From: a virus
Lineage: Duplodnaviria; Caudoviricetes
Virus record (IMG/VR): IMGVR_UViG_3300044513_003802
Span: 1-34,301 of that record
DNA length: 34,301 nt
Direction: 5' to 3' (one strand)
A program made the position numbers and the translations under genes. Shown one piece after another: positions 9,401-16,500 of this stretch (positions within the stretch are counted from its first letter, which is position 1; the number at the start of each line of letters is the position of its first letter). Under the pieces are notes generated by a model. It did no database searches, had not been told where the DNA came from, and saw only the letters and a list, made by a program, of their open reading frames with translations.

Positions 9401-9439
9401 GGAGAAGTTGTAAAAGTTATTGATTGTGTTTATAAGTAA
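6407..9439 (+). CDS. Cyanophage gp5-like baseplate hub protein (remainder after the OB domain) with a large insertion
   Basis: Helical Cys-containing N-half, CGPPKVEIFGGGGVGA...PGTGYESPP.V.F.D.CG.G repeat, C-terminal ITINSRNGSGAEFRP...VIDCV. Confidence 0.7.
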   Translation: MSNNWIGKPASDISNRITQIGAQLERARSGEITLSEDIQDSLSEELVELAEAARKATDCTSRNADVGWMRENIETCKTYLNSESYAYWKSAVETDFSGPNPCGTTTIATISKSLQKLFKFLKSVKKYYNNFVQPALNTITGLQETLQNATELIAGVMKILIQRVRNFIIQKVKNLLTDALTQLLPQIGKTIQNAIVKQIIDTIFCKFGEIIDGLVNLVSSFLTELIGGMINAPFCAARQFTNSLLNNVANRLDRALKPIFDQINSIVKGVGSIAGSVFQAIDFILGFENFLCSSGPECPETKSFAAAIWGGPQEEAADKFKNFLDGLNLSSGETSDLLNQFDRWVGDFPIFKGDGAAISPFVSTLGDQLDSQCSNGVYRCGPPKVEIFGGGGVGAAGKAIVNQLGQVVGVNLTYPGTGYESPPFVTFMDNCGIGANASGYAILDEDDNDLDSINYDLVTLNEIGEEDINGFYGGNDTNIDSGTRGDCVYSGKVYHEFDNFSNKHLVSEISSEINVDFKGKDCPDQVDVTFAKDQKHYAIKFAVPYESDDYKIDFTKVSNLSANVKKNANGDIILGDSTEEAVFNLVRNSNNTNYIYFDAPGLPRITLGPDSGEYKVEMYKNVSYTVTSSSLTKIVKDQKPKVRKKVRFRVTRDASINNRITFTGGGESFTIKDVPKSGTTVYEFDMLTNTQYKITTSAHSIKKFSNRKFGIEDWTDKDYDDLLVTCSTGKINSNLTWSLEYTKKTDTGKTREGAADVAVLSTSKLVTEDIRGLQSNRDFNDLVVTTKSGIFTEEGEARFRIQSDNSGIERTYQVAGIRNKTRYGFDVWFGVQRRDRPVGTIYSTYVREFEFKTYGVREGCSRGKKIKKIIMVNSGNDYLPGPNGRDEFGNILDGLDDSNLIATNTEEYVGCLTEIEVISTGIGYSPDDEISIEPDLPGLDVRVQMTEMGQIVAMIIVNGYCGLTEVPTITINSRNGSGAEFRPIIDYIATNRFTGDLQGEVVKVIDCVYK

Positions 9440-10023
9440 TGTCAAATTACGCTCCACCAACTAGAACTGCCGATACTGCATATGGTATAATGTTTTGGGG
9501 ACCAGCTGGTCCAGAATCAAAACATGATGGACGCGATTTAACTATTAATACCAAATCAAATCACAGTCAAACATATTTTGAATCTGGAAATTCAGTTTCA
9601 GTTACTCCAAAATGTCATACTGAAAGGGTAGGTAAAAACTTATCCAAATCAAAAGATGGTGCTAAACCTGTAGCAAAACAAATTCTTGCAGATAATGGCG
9701 ATATTGCCTTTATTTGTGAAAACGGTGATCTGCATATAAAAGCAAGAAACATTTATATAGAAACTACAGGGGCAGGAAAAAATGGAAACTTTATGGTCTC
9801 TTCTAATGGATACATTAGTATGGTATCCGGAGAACAGACTAGGATAATGGGTTCTAAACTATGTTTAAGAGGCGAATGTGGAGTTGATATTGCAGGAACA
9901 AACGTAATGATCAAAGGAACTATATCATATGGAGATTATCCCTCAGTTCTCGGAACAGTCAAAAATCTGTTAGCAGGAGATTGGGGAAAACTTCTTGAAG
10001 GTATTGATAAAGCATGTAGCTAA
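9439..10023 (+). CDS. gp5 C-terminal beta-helix-like spike component
   Basis: I.A.NGDI.F.CENGDLHIKARNIYIE repeats; coupled to the previous ORF through TAATG. Confidence 0.55.
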   Translation: MSNYAPPTRTADTAYGIMFWGPAGPESKHDGRDLTINTKSNHSQTYFESGNSVSVTPKCHTERVGKNLSKSKDGAKPVAKQILADNGDIAFICENGDLHIKARNIYIETTGAGKNGNFMVSSNGYISMVSGEQTRIMGSKLCLRGECGVDIAGTNVMIKGTISYGDYPSVLGTVKNLLAGDWGKLLEGIDKACS

Positions 10024-10031
10024 GAGGTATT

Positions 10032-10931
10032 ATGGCAAACGGCGATGATTTAATTTTATCAAGATTTACAGTTGCAGGAACTTATGCTGCTGGTGGTCAT
10101 CCATTACAAGTTCCTGATCTATTCATTGAACCAGGATCCGCAGATTTTTATCGTGGATATTTTGGTATGACCTCTCTTACAGGTCTTCAGCAAGGCACTC
10201 TAAATATTGGAATGAATTTGACTTCTCCCTTTGCCATTTATGGTGCCCCTGGATGTAACCATCTCTTAAATGCATGTGTGTTAAATGTTATTGGTGACAC
10301 TACCCAGACTGGCAATCTAAGAGTTCTTGGTGGAGAATTTAGAACAGCAGTTGCATCGGCAAACATAAAGGCTGGTGTAGTTGGAATTACAGGTGCAAAA
10401 GTACATGTAACTGGTGTAAAAAATTCTATTACTGGTATTGATTTAACGATTGCAGCACCAAACCTAACGATTAATGGATTATCTTGGCTCGGTTATGTTG
10501 TACCAAAACTAGAAGTTGCCGGAAAAGGATTTGATATTCCCCACCCAACAAAACCAGACACTCATCGATTGAGATATATTTGTTTGGAAGGACCAGAGGT
10601 AGGAACTTACTTACGAGGAAAACTTAAGGATAGTAATTATATTGAACTGCCAGACTATTGGACTGATAAGTTTATTGATCCTGATAGTATCACAGTAAAT
10701 TTGACTCCTGTGGGTCAATATCAAGAATTATTTGTTGAGAAGATTGAGTGGGGTAAAAGAATTAAAATTAAGAGTAATTCTGGATCTCCAGTCAATTGCC
10801 ACTACACCGTATTTGCTGAAAGAGTCATGAATGATAAATTACAAGTGGAGTATGAAGGACAATCACCAGCAGATTATCCTGGAGATAACTCACAGTATTC
10901 TCTTGCTGGTTGGAATTACGATAGGAGATGA
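10032..10931 (+). CDS. Spike/needle-associated beta-helical protein with conserved C-terminal domain
   Basis: Beta-rich repeats followed by KGFDIPHPTK..HRLRYICLEGPE..YLRG...IELPDYW...ITVNLTP.G, common in cyanophage structural genes. Confidence 0.6.
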   Translation: MANGDDLILSRFTVAGTYAAGGHPLQVPDLFIEPGSADFYRGYFGMTSLTGLQQGTLNIGMNLTSPFAIYGAPGCNHLLNACVLNVIGDTTQTGNLRVLGGEFRTAVASANIKAGVVGITGAKVHVTGVKNSITGIDLTIAAPNLTINGLSWLGYVVPKLEVAGKGFDIPHPTKPDTHRLRYICLEGPEVGTYLRGKLKDSNYIELPDYWTDKFIDPDSITVNLTPVGQYQELFVEKIEWGKRIKIKSNSGSPVNCHYTVFAERVMNDKLQVEYEGQSPADYPGDNSQYSLAGWNYDRR

Positions 10932-11803
10932 TCATGGATAAAGATACACCATTGAGACTTGTCAATAGTATTGGAGAAGAAAATTTAGAAATAAGAAAAT
11001 TTGGGGAAGATCCCACAGAGGGAATTCAACCAGTCAAAGAAACTGACGAGGTTGAAGTTATTCAAAATTCTCAGGGTAGATGGGAAAAGAGAACTAATAA
11101 AGTTAATTATAATTTTAAAACAAATCAAGAATCTAGAACTGATGAGGAGGCATTTTATTCTCAGCAGGTTTCTGATATGGAAGAAATGGGTGCAGTCTCC
11201 GATAATGCCCTACTAGATGCAATTACTCAAATAAATGCTAAGAAGCAAGAAATTATTGGAATTATTAATGTTGCAGTTTCCATTGGATGCAGTGGTATAT
11301 TAACTGCAACTGATGCTAATCCAGGTGGTGTCATTATTGGTATTGGCAGTGATGTGTATTCAGATTATGCTTACACAGAATCATTTTCTGGAATGAATAA
11401 TTATAACGCTCCTGGACCATTTGGAGAACTTAGTAAATCGGAATTAAATTCCTCATCCGTTGGTAAGGGATATGAAACAAAATATCAAATAAATTCTGAA
11501 GATGGAACTTTGTATGGAAAATTCAGAACTATTACTGGTCTAAGCACCACAGGAGCTTCAATAGCAACTTGTGTTGGTTATGCAGCAAGTATCAATGCTC
11601 TCGGGGAAGAAATAGGAGAGTTAAGGACACAAATTGATAATGATCTTATAAGTTCAACAAATTCAATTAAAAAGAAAAAAACTGAGAGTGAAATGTTTGT
11701 TTGGAGTTACAGAAGTACAGATACATCTCTTAATGAGCAAAAAGATAGTAATCAATCAATAATCAATACTATCAATTCTAACGTTGGATTATATACGACC
11801 TAA
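10928..11803 (+). CDS. Hypothetical virion-associated protein
   Basis: 291-aa ORF with ATGA overlap; coiled-coil ends; closes the baseplate module. Confidence 0.6.
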   Translation: MIMDKDTPLRLVNSIGEENLEIRKFGEDPTEGIQPVKETDEVEVIQNSQGRWEKRTNKVNYNFKTNQESRTDEEAFYSQQVSDMEEMGAVSDNALLDAITQINAKKQEIIGIINVAVSIGCSGILTATDANPGGVIIGIGSDVYSDYAYTESFSGMNNYNAPGPFGELSKSELNSSSVGKGYETKYQINSEDGTLYGKFRTITGLSTTGASIATCVGYAASINALGEEIGELRTQIDNDLISSTNSIKKKKTESEMFVWSYRSTDTSLNEQKDSNQSIINTINSNVGLYTT

Positions 11804-11805
11804 AA

Positions 11806-11855
11806 CCAGTTCTTAGACTGGCACACTTGACACCCCCTCCTGGATACCCTATAAT
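11806..11855 (+). promoter_or_regulatory. Sigma70-type promoter with upstream palindromic box
   Basis: CCAGT-N6-ACTGG (11806-11821), then TTGACA (11827-11832), 17 nt, TATAAT (11850-11855). Confidence 0.85.
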
Positions 11856-11880
11856 ACTAAGGTAATCAACGGAACACCCC

Positions 11881-12081
11881 ATGGGCACCGCACAAGAATC
11901 TGTTCTCGGCATCGTTATCGACGTTTGCACCCGCTCCTTCCTTCTGCTCAGCGATGAAGGCAACGAAAAGATGGTTCAGTGTGAAACTGTTAATGAGTTC
12001 ATGAATGTACTTGAAGTTGTCACTGCTAATCTCAGCGATGATCAGATTGAATATGCAGACCTTGCAGTTTATGGCGAGTGA
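11881..12081 (+). CDS. Small hypothetical protein (66 aa)
   Basis: Follows a consensus promoter; acidic protein. Confidence 0.75.
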   Translation: MGTAQESVLGIVIDVCTRSFLLLSDEGNEKMVQCETVNEFMNVLEVVTANLSDDQIEYADLAVYGE

Positions 12082-12097
12082 TGCTATAATATAAATA
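12062..12097 (+). promoter_or_regulatory. Overlapping sigma70 and late promoters for the small ORF/tRNA cluster
   Basis: TTGCAG (12062-12067), 17 nt, TATAAT (12085-12090) preceded by TGn; overlaps TATAAATA (12090-12097). Confidence 0.7.
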
Positions 12098-12113
12098 TCC
12101 TCAAATCACTAAC

Positions 12114-12287
12114 ATGGAAGTATACACAGTGAAGCAGTGGGAAGAAAATTTTGATTCCCTCTTAGAGAGGGTAGAAAGCGGAGAAACTATAGGTATTGTA
12201 GATGACGAAGGAAGATCTGCAGTTATGATGCCCTATGATGAAGAACTCATGCGAATATACACGGAGAACAATAACGAAGCATCGTAG
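12114..12287 (+). CDS. Phd/YefM antitoxin-like small protein (57 aa; missing from ORF track)
   Basis: MEVYTVKQWEENFDSLLERVESGETIGIVDDEGRSAVMMPYDEELMRIYTENNNEAS resembles the Phd/YefM N-terminal pattern (..F.ELL.RV..GE.I.I...G..AV..P). Confidence 0.6.
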   Translation: MEVYTVKQWEENFDSLLERVESGETIGIVDDEGRSAVMMPYDEELMRIYTENNNEAS

Positions 12288-12297
12288 TTCATCATCT

Positions 12298-12369
12298 GGG
12301 AGTATAGCTTAATGGTTAGAGCGCCCTGCTTATAACGGGGTAGTCTGGGTTCAACTCCCAGTACTCCTA
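12298..12369 (+). tRNA. trnI: tRNA-Ile(UAU)
   Basis: Cloverleaf: acceptor GGGAGTA/TACTCCT, anticodon arm CCCTG-CT[TAT]AA-CGGGG, T arm CTGGG-TTCAACT-CCCAG; no encoded CCA. Confidence 0.88.
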
Positions 12370-12371
12370 TT

Positions 12372-12444
12372 GCTCCTTTAGCAATCTGGTGAATGCAGCG
12401 AACTCATAATTCGCCTGAGGCGTGTTCGATCCACGCAAGGAGCA
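12372..12444 (+). tRNA. tRNA with CAU anticodon (elongator Met or lysidine-type Ile2; not initiator)
   Basis: Acceptor GCTCCTT/AAGGAGC, anticodon arm GCGAA-CT[CAT]AA-TTCGC, T arm GCGTG-TTCGATC-CACGC; G1:C72 pair and no GGG/CCC stem. Confidence 0.85.
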
Positions 12445-12449
12445 CCTAA

Positions 12450-12534
12450 GGGACGGTGGCGGAATCGGTAGACGCACCAGACTTAAAATCTGTTGGGCAT
12501 TGTGCCCGTGAGAGTTCAAGTCTCTCTCGTCCTA
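12450..12534 (+). tRNA. trnL: tRNA-Leu(UAA)
   Basis: Acceptor GGGACGG/TCGTCCT, anticodon loop CT[TAA]AA, long variable arm GGGCA-TTG-TGCCC, T arm GAGAG-TTCAAGT-CTCTC. Confidence 0.92.
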
Positions 12535-12551
12535 TTATCTAAATTACAATC

Positions 12552-13196
12552 ATGTGGAAAGATTACTCTGATTACTTAATCAAAACTCTTGATTTGAATC
12601 AAGATAGTATAGATTGCAAATTTGGAAAGGAAAATATTATTCTGAAATCGGCAAAATATAGTGGAAAGTATATTTTAAAGTCGAGAGAGACAAGCATTAT
12701 AGGTGGAGAAACTGACATCTATAATAATATTGTTTATCCAAACACAGGGCAAAATCTCCCATGCTTAGGTATGGATTTAATGTGCTTTTTTGAGAAAAAA
12801 GTAATTATAGTTTTCGATTTTCAACATCCAACCCCAAATTATGATTGGGATAACTCTTTCATGAGATGTCATCTTGGAGAAATGCTTGATAATACTTCAA
12901 AAGATATTAGATTCTTCCAAGCAGGAAATCATTTTTCCAGATACATTTACGTTCGCAAGTGTACTAAAGACGAAATTCCAGATCACCTTAATAACTTCAA
13001 AAAATATGTTGATGTATATAAAGAATTGTTAGAAACTAATAAACCAACAGATAATAATGTTAAAGAATATACAGAGTTTGATAAGTATATGTTAGATCTT
13101 GATCCTGTTAGTGGATATATGGAAAGCAAATTTGATCCGTATTTTGCTAAGAACTATGTCAATGACTTCCTTTTCCAGTATTCCACATTACAATAA
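12552..13196 (+). CDS. pebS: Phycoerythrobilin synthase (ferredoxin-dependent bilin reductase)
   Basis: IYNNIVYP.TG..LPC.GMDLM.F..KKVIIVFDFQHP, RFF..GNHFS, FD.YM..LDPV.GYM..KF, VNDFLF closely follow cyanophage PebS as recalled; both catalytic Asp present. Confidence 0.88.
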   Translation: MWKDYSDYLIKTLDLNQDSIDCKFGKENIILKSAKYSGKYILKSRETSIIGGETDIYNNIVYPNTGQNLPCLGMDLMCFFEKKVIIVFDFQHPTPNYDWDNSFMRCHLGEMLDNTSKDIRFFQAGNHFSRYIYVRKCTKDEIPDHLNNFKKYVDVYKELLETNKPTDNNVKEYTEFDKYMLDLDPVSGYMESKFDPYFAKNYVNDFLFQYSTLQ

Positions 13197-13199
13197 ATA
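13193..13199 (+). promoter_or_regulatory. Late promoter ATAAATA
   Basis: Overlaps the pebS stop codon. Confidence 0.6.
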
Positions 13200-13217
13200 A
13201 GACAATGGCAATGTCTT

Positions 13218-13514
13218 ATGAACAGTAAGTACAAGATCACGCAAAAATATTGTTGGTTTGAAAACGCAACAATTGTCGTGAAAATGTATTTTATTAACAA
13301 CATTCCATTCACTTTTGATGAGTTACCAGATGGTCATCTATATGATAGATCGATCACAGAAGAAGCAGATAAAAATCCAGGATATGATTATGAAGATGTT
13401 TATAAATTGTCAGATTATTTAATTGCGGAACAGTGCCATCCTTGCCTATTTCCAGTTGAGTTAGAGAATCCTGAAGATATGCCAGATGATTTTAAGGAAG
13501 ATTTGTCCAGCTAA
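13218..13514 (+). CDS. Hypothetical protein
   Basis: 98 aa, YCWF...VKMYFIN.IPFTFDELP...HPCLF; precedes the large structural gene. Confidence 0.75.
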   Translation: MNSKYKITQKYCWFENATIVVKMYFINNIPFTFDELPDGHLYDRSITEEADKNPGYDYEDVYKLSDYLIAEQCHPCLFPVELENPEDMPDDFKEDLSS

Positions 13515-13517
13515 ATA
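13511..13517 (+). promoter_or_regulatory. Variant late promoter CTAAATA
   Basis: Overlaps a stop codon, 32 nt before the ATG at 13550. Confidence 0.55.
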
Positions 13518-13549
13518 TATCATAGAAATATTTTGGACGATATTTTCCA

Positions 13550-16500
13550 ATGCCACTGAATAAGCTAGAGAACTTTATTAAGAATACCGAGGGTAGAATC
13601 TTATATGTAAATCCAAATGATTTGGATGCAACTGATAGCATTTCAAACTCTGGTAATTCACTGACAAAACCCTTCAAAACAATCCAAAGGGCATTAATAG
13701 AATCTGCAAGATTCTCTTATGTTAGAGGTGTAAGTAACGATAAGAATGACCAAACTACAATTCTACTATTTCCAGGTGAGCATATTGTAGATAATAGACC
13801 TGGATATGGTATTGTCAATGAAAATGCAACTGCAAAAGCGTTTAGACCTTCTGATGGCGCTCTAACGGATGCATTAACAGAGTTTGATTTAAACCTAGAA
13901 AGCAATTTTGATCTAACTCAACCAGACAATCTATTATATAAGTTCAACAGTGTTTATGGTGGAGTTGTTATCCCCAGAGGAACATCTATTGTAGGTCTTG
14001 ATCTTAGAAAAACCAAAATTCGTCCAAAATATGTACCAAACCCAACAGATCCTGATGTAAAAAGAACTGCAGTCTTCAGAATTACTGGTAATTGCTACTT
14101 CTGGCAGTTGACTTTCTTTGATGGAAATGAACAACAAACTGTATATACAGATCCAACAAACTCCAGTGAGGTTGCTAAACCAACATTCTCACACCATAAA
14201 CTAACAGTATTTGAATATGCTGATGGAGTTAATATTCCAAGAGATTTAAACTCTATATTTGATCTAACAGATCTAGACATGTATTATGCGAAACTTTCCA
14301 ACGCATATAATACAGGTTCTGTAGATAAAAATATTGACTTTAAGTATCCAGATCAACCTCTTTCTTTTGCTAAGGAAAGACCAGAATATGAAATTGTTAG
14401 TGCTTTCGCAACAGATCCACTAAGAATTCTTAATATTTTCTCTGGAGATGGGGCGACTCCATCTTCTATTATCACAGTTGAAACTGCTGTAGAACATAAT
14501 TTAACCACCGATACTCCAGTTAAGATTGATGGTGTTGGACAACCAGGTTCCTTAAGTTCAATCTTTAATGTCTCTACAAAGGTACAAGCAGTACTTAGTC
14601 CCACTAAGTTTACCTATGTAATTCCATCTATCAGTCCACTTTTACCAGCATCTCCAGAGTTTACAGATGCTCTCGTAACTGTTGAAACTGATAGTGTCAA
14701 GGGTGGTTCACCTTATGTATTCAACTGCTCCATGAGATCGGTATGGGGCATGAATGGTTTACTTGCAGATGGAATCAAATCAACAGGTTTCCGTTCAATG
14801 GTTACCGCACAATTTACTGGTGTTTCTCTACAGAAAGATGACCGTGCGTTTATTAAATATAATGAATCCTCTAGAACATATGATAGTATTGCCATAACTA
14901 AAGTAACTGGCGATGAACTGGCAACCCAATCATCATCTACAAATCCAGATACAGTTTATCACTTAGATAGTGGTGCTATTTATCGTCCAGGATGGGATAC
15001 TAGACATATCTCTGCTACTAATGATGGATTTGTTCAGATTGTTTCCGTCTTCGCAATTGGATTTAATATCCATTTCTTCGCAGGTGCTGGCGGTGATAAC
15101 TCAATTACCAACTCAAACTCAAACTTTGGTCAGATTTCTTTAGTATCTGATGGATTTAAGTTTGCGGCATTTGATAAGGATGATTCTGCTTTTGTTACGG
15201 CGATTATACCACCAAGATCAGTTTCCCACAATACTAGTAGACAAAATATTGATTGGTTCCCACTAGATGTTGGTGTTACAACATCTGTAGGTATCTCCAG
15301 TCATTTGTATCTGTTTGGATTCAACAATATCGATGATGTACCACCAATAATTACACAAGGATTTAGAGTCGGTGCTAAAGTTGATGATAAGTTATTTGTA
15401 AACTTCTCCAATCAAACTGGATATGGGATCAGTGAAGCATCAATTTTGATGGTTGACAATGCTATAAGTTCCACTGGATTCACAACTGCTTATGGTCTGA
15501 CTTCCTCCAAAAAGAAATTAACCATCACCGGTGCTCCAACTGGTCTGAATGGACATACATTTACCACTGCATCTAATCACAATTTCTTAACTGGAGAATC
15601 AGTTAGAATTCTAAGTGAATCTGGCGACATACCAGAAAACTTGACTGAACATATAGTATACTATGTAATCAAGGTTTCTAATAATCAGTTTAGACTTGCA
15701 TCATCACCATCTAATGCTGTCAATGATATCTTCATTAGATGTTATCTTGGTACAGATCTTTATGTTGAAAGTAGAATATCCGATAAGGTTGCCGGAGATG
15801 TAGGTTCTCCAGTTCAATTTGATTCATCTGTCGGCAGATGGTATATTCACGTAAATGAAAATAATGATATTTACAATTCTTTTAATTCAATTGGTGTATC
15901 TGGACTTGGAACTTCTAGATCTAAGACTGCTTTTATCAGGAGATTCGAAGATACTAGAAGCTTAGAAGATAAGATTTATAAAGTTAGAGTTGTTATTCCT
16001 AAAGAAACAGTAAATGCAAAGAATCCAGAGGATACATTTGCAATTCAAGAATCTAGTTCCACAAATACTTCTAAACTCCCAGTAAACTCTGACTTTACTA
16101 TTACAAATATTGATTCATCCAACGTTGATTGGAAGAGAAATCCAAGATTTATTAGCACTTGTTCTGCGTCTGCAAGTGCTATAACAGTTATTAGTGAGCA
16201 ATCACACGGATTAAAGTCTGGAGATACTGTTATTATTGAAGGTGTAACGAGTAGTGATAATCCTGATGCAGAAGATAATATTGGTTTCAATGGAGTATTT
16301 GGTGTAACTAATATAATTGATGATAAGACTTTTACATTACCAAAGACTGATAACTTTGGTGTTTTCCACACACCAACTTCATTTACCAATGACACAAGTC
16401 AAAGAACAGTTTTCCTCCCAAGATTAACCAAGAATAATTTACAGAGCAATTTTTACATCTATAGAAAAGAAACCATCACTGAATTCATTAAAGATATTCA

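Noticed and set aside
12450-12534. Group I intron in tRNA-Leu(UAA), as in many cyanobacteria
   Set aside because: The anticodon loop is uninterrupted.
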